A stretch of 63,894 nucleotides of DNA, the filler included, from Octopus bimaculoides (taxonomy: Eukaryota): assembly GCF_001194135.2 (NCBI RefSeq). It is 5 parts of 5 records of this genome, joined end to end, with 100 filler letters (N's around TTAATTAATTAA, not from the genome) between each part and the next. Parts side by side here need not be neighbours in the genome. Positions count along the whole stretch, not along the records: positions 58,862 to 63,894 come from NC_069002.1; 4 more parts are not named here. One strand, written 5' to 3'. The notes below the pieces were generated by a model, which was not told the DNA's origin, did no database searches, and saw nothing but the letters and a program-made list of their open reading frames with translations. Below are positions 62,991 through 63,894 of this stretch, piece after piece (the first letter of the stretch is position 1; every line of letters starts with the position of its first letter). The translations under genes and the position numbers were made by a program.

Positions 62991-63101
62991 ATTAATTGCA
63001 GCAGGGAATATTAGTCTTGATGTTATTAATATTAAACTAAGAAATTTCTATTCTTCTACCAAAGAAACTAAGGTCATTTAATGCTTCCTTTCTTTTTGTA
63101 G

Positions 63102-63318
63102 GGTGGTTGAAAACTCAAAGTGTTCAAGTGCAAAGGAAGATGTAAAGTTATTGTCACCAATTACAAATCCTGATAAATTAATTTGTGTTGGTATGAACTA
63201 CAAAGACCACTGTGAAGAAATGAATATTGAACTGCCTGTAGAACCGGTGATCTTTAGTAAGTTCTCCAGCTGCATTGTTGGTCCAACTGATAATGTTGAA
63301 TATCCCAAAGAAACGACA
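63102..63318 (+). CDS. FAHD2A: Internal coding exon of fumarylacetoacetate hydrolase domain-containing protein 2 (FAHD2A-like); the rest of the gene is not seen
   Basis: Reads VVENSKCSSAKEDVKLLSPITNPDKLICVGMNYKDHCEEMNIELPVEPVIFSKFSSCIVGPTDNVEYPKETT, containing the FAH-family motifs K.ICVG.NY..H and EP.IFSK. Acceptor ttcctttctttttgtag ends at 63101 and donor gtaagg starts at 63319, giving 217 nt (phase 2 in, phase 0 out). From memory this matches the size and phases of the equivalent vertebrate FAHD2A exon. Confidence 0.92.
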
Positions 63319-63845
63319 GTAAGGCATATTCTTGTATTCTTTTATTAACTTTACTGGTTTCACTGATATCACAACATAGTAACCACAATCACTGCATTCG
63401 GGGAAAAAAACCCGTGACTCACTTTGTTGGTCTCATTGAAAGCTTTGCTGATATCTGAATAAATCTTCTTGCTATTCTTATCGAAAATGCAATAATTGCT
63501 ACTGGTGTTATAAATCTGCCACAAGAAATAATACAAGGAGACAGCCTGTCTTTGTTTCTGTTTATTTTGGCAAGATATGTGCTATTATTTATTTTGTGTG
63601 TGTGTGTGTGGACTCAGATCTAATATGTGGCAAAGATTTTTACTTTAAGAGCAAAGTGGTTTTGGATTCAGTTCCACTATGCCACATTTTAAGCGTCTTC
63701 TACAGAAGCGCAAAGACAACTGAAGCCTTGCAAGTGAATTTCATAGATTGAATCTGTGTAGAAATGTGTCATATATGTGTGTGTGTGTATGTGTGTGTGT
63801 GTATGTGTGTGTGTATGTGTGTGTGTATGTTTGTACATATATATG

Positions 63846-63894
<49 letters not shown>

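Overview
This is animal genomic DNA, almost certainly octopus (probably an Octopus bimaculoides-type draft assembly). The species call rests on recognising tRNA-derived SINE families from memory and on the very dense microsatellites. It was not confirmed by a database search. About a fifth of the window is N gaps, and most ORFs in the supplied track are translations of simple repeats or gaps. The only host coding sequence I can support is one 217-nt internal exon of an FAH-family hydrolase (FAHD2-like) at 63102-63318. The rest is layered transposon debris: three SINE families, CR1, RTE, R4/Dong and CRE-clade LINE fragments, a Penelope reverse transcriptase fragment, four mariner relics, a hAT MITE and a Merlin-like foldback element. 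The most interesting unannotated signals are four. (1) Several sequence families of minimal type-I hammerhead ribozyme motifs sit in Penelope-like termini, two of them as inverted pairs. (2) A small inverted-repeat element carries telomere-like TTAGGG tracts; it lies in a four-copy duplicated module and is fused to a CRE-clade retrotransposon in two copies. (3) A SINE and a CR1 LINE share a 3' tail with a compensatory hairpin. (4) A head-to-head mariner has RFX X-box motifs at both ends. I found no evidence of a novel multi-gene system. All alignments were done by eye, so repeat boundaries are approximate to about 10-30 nt.
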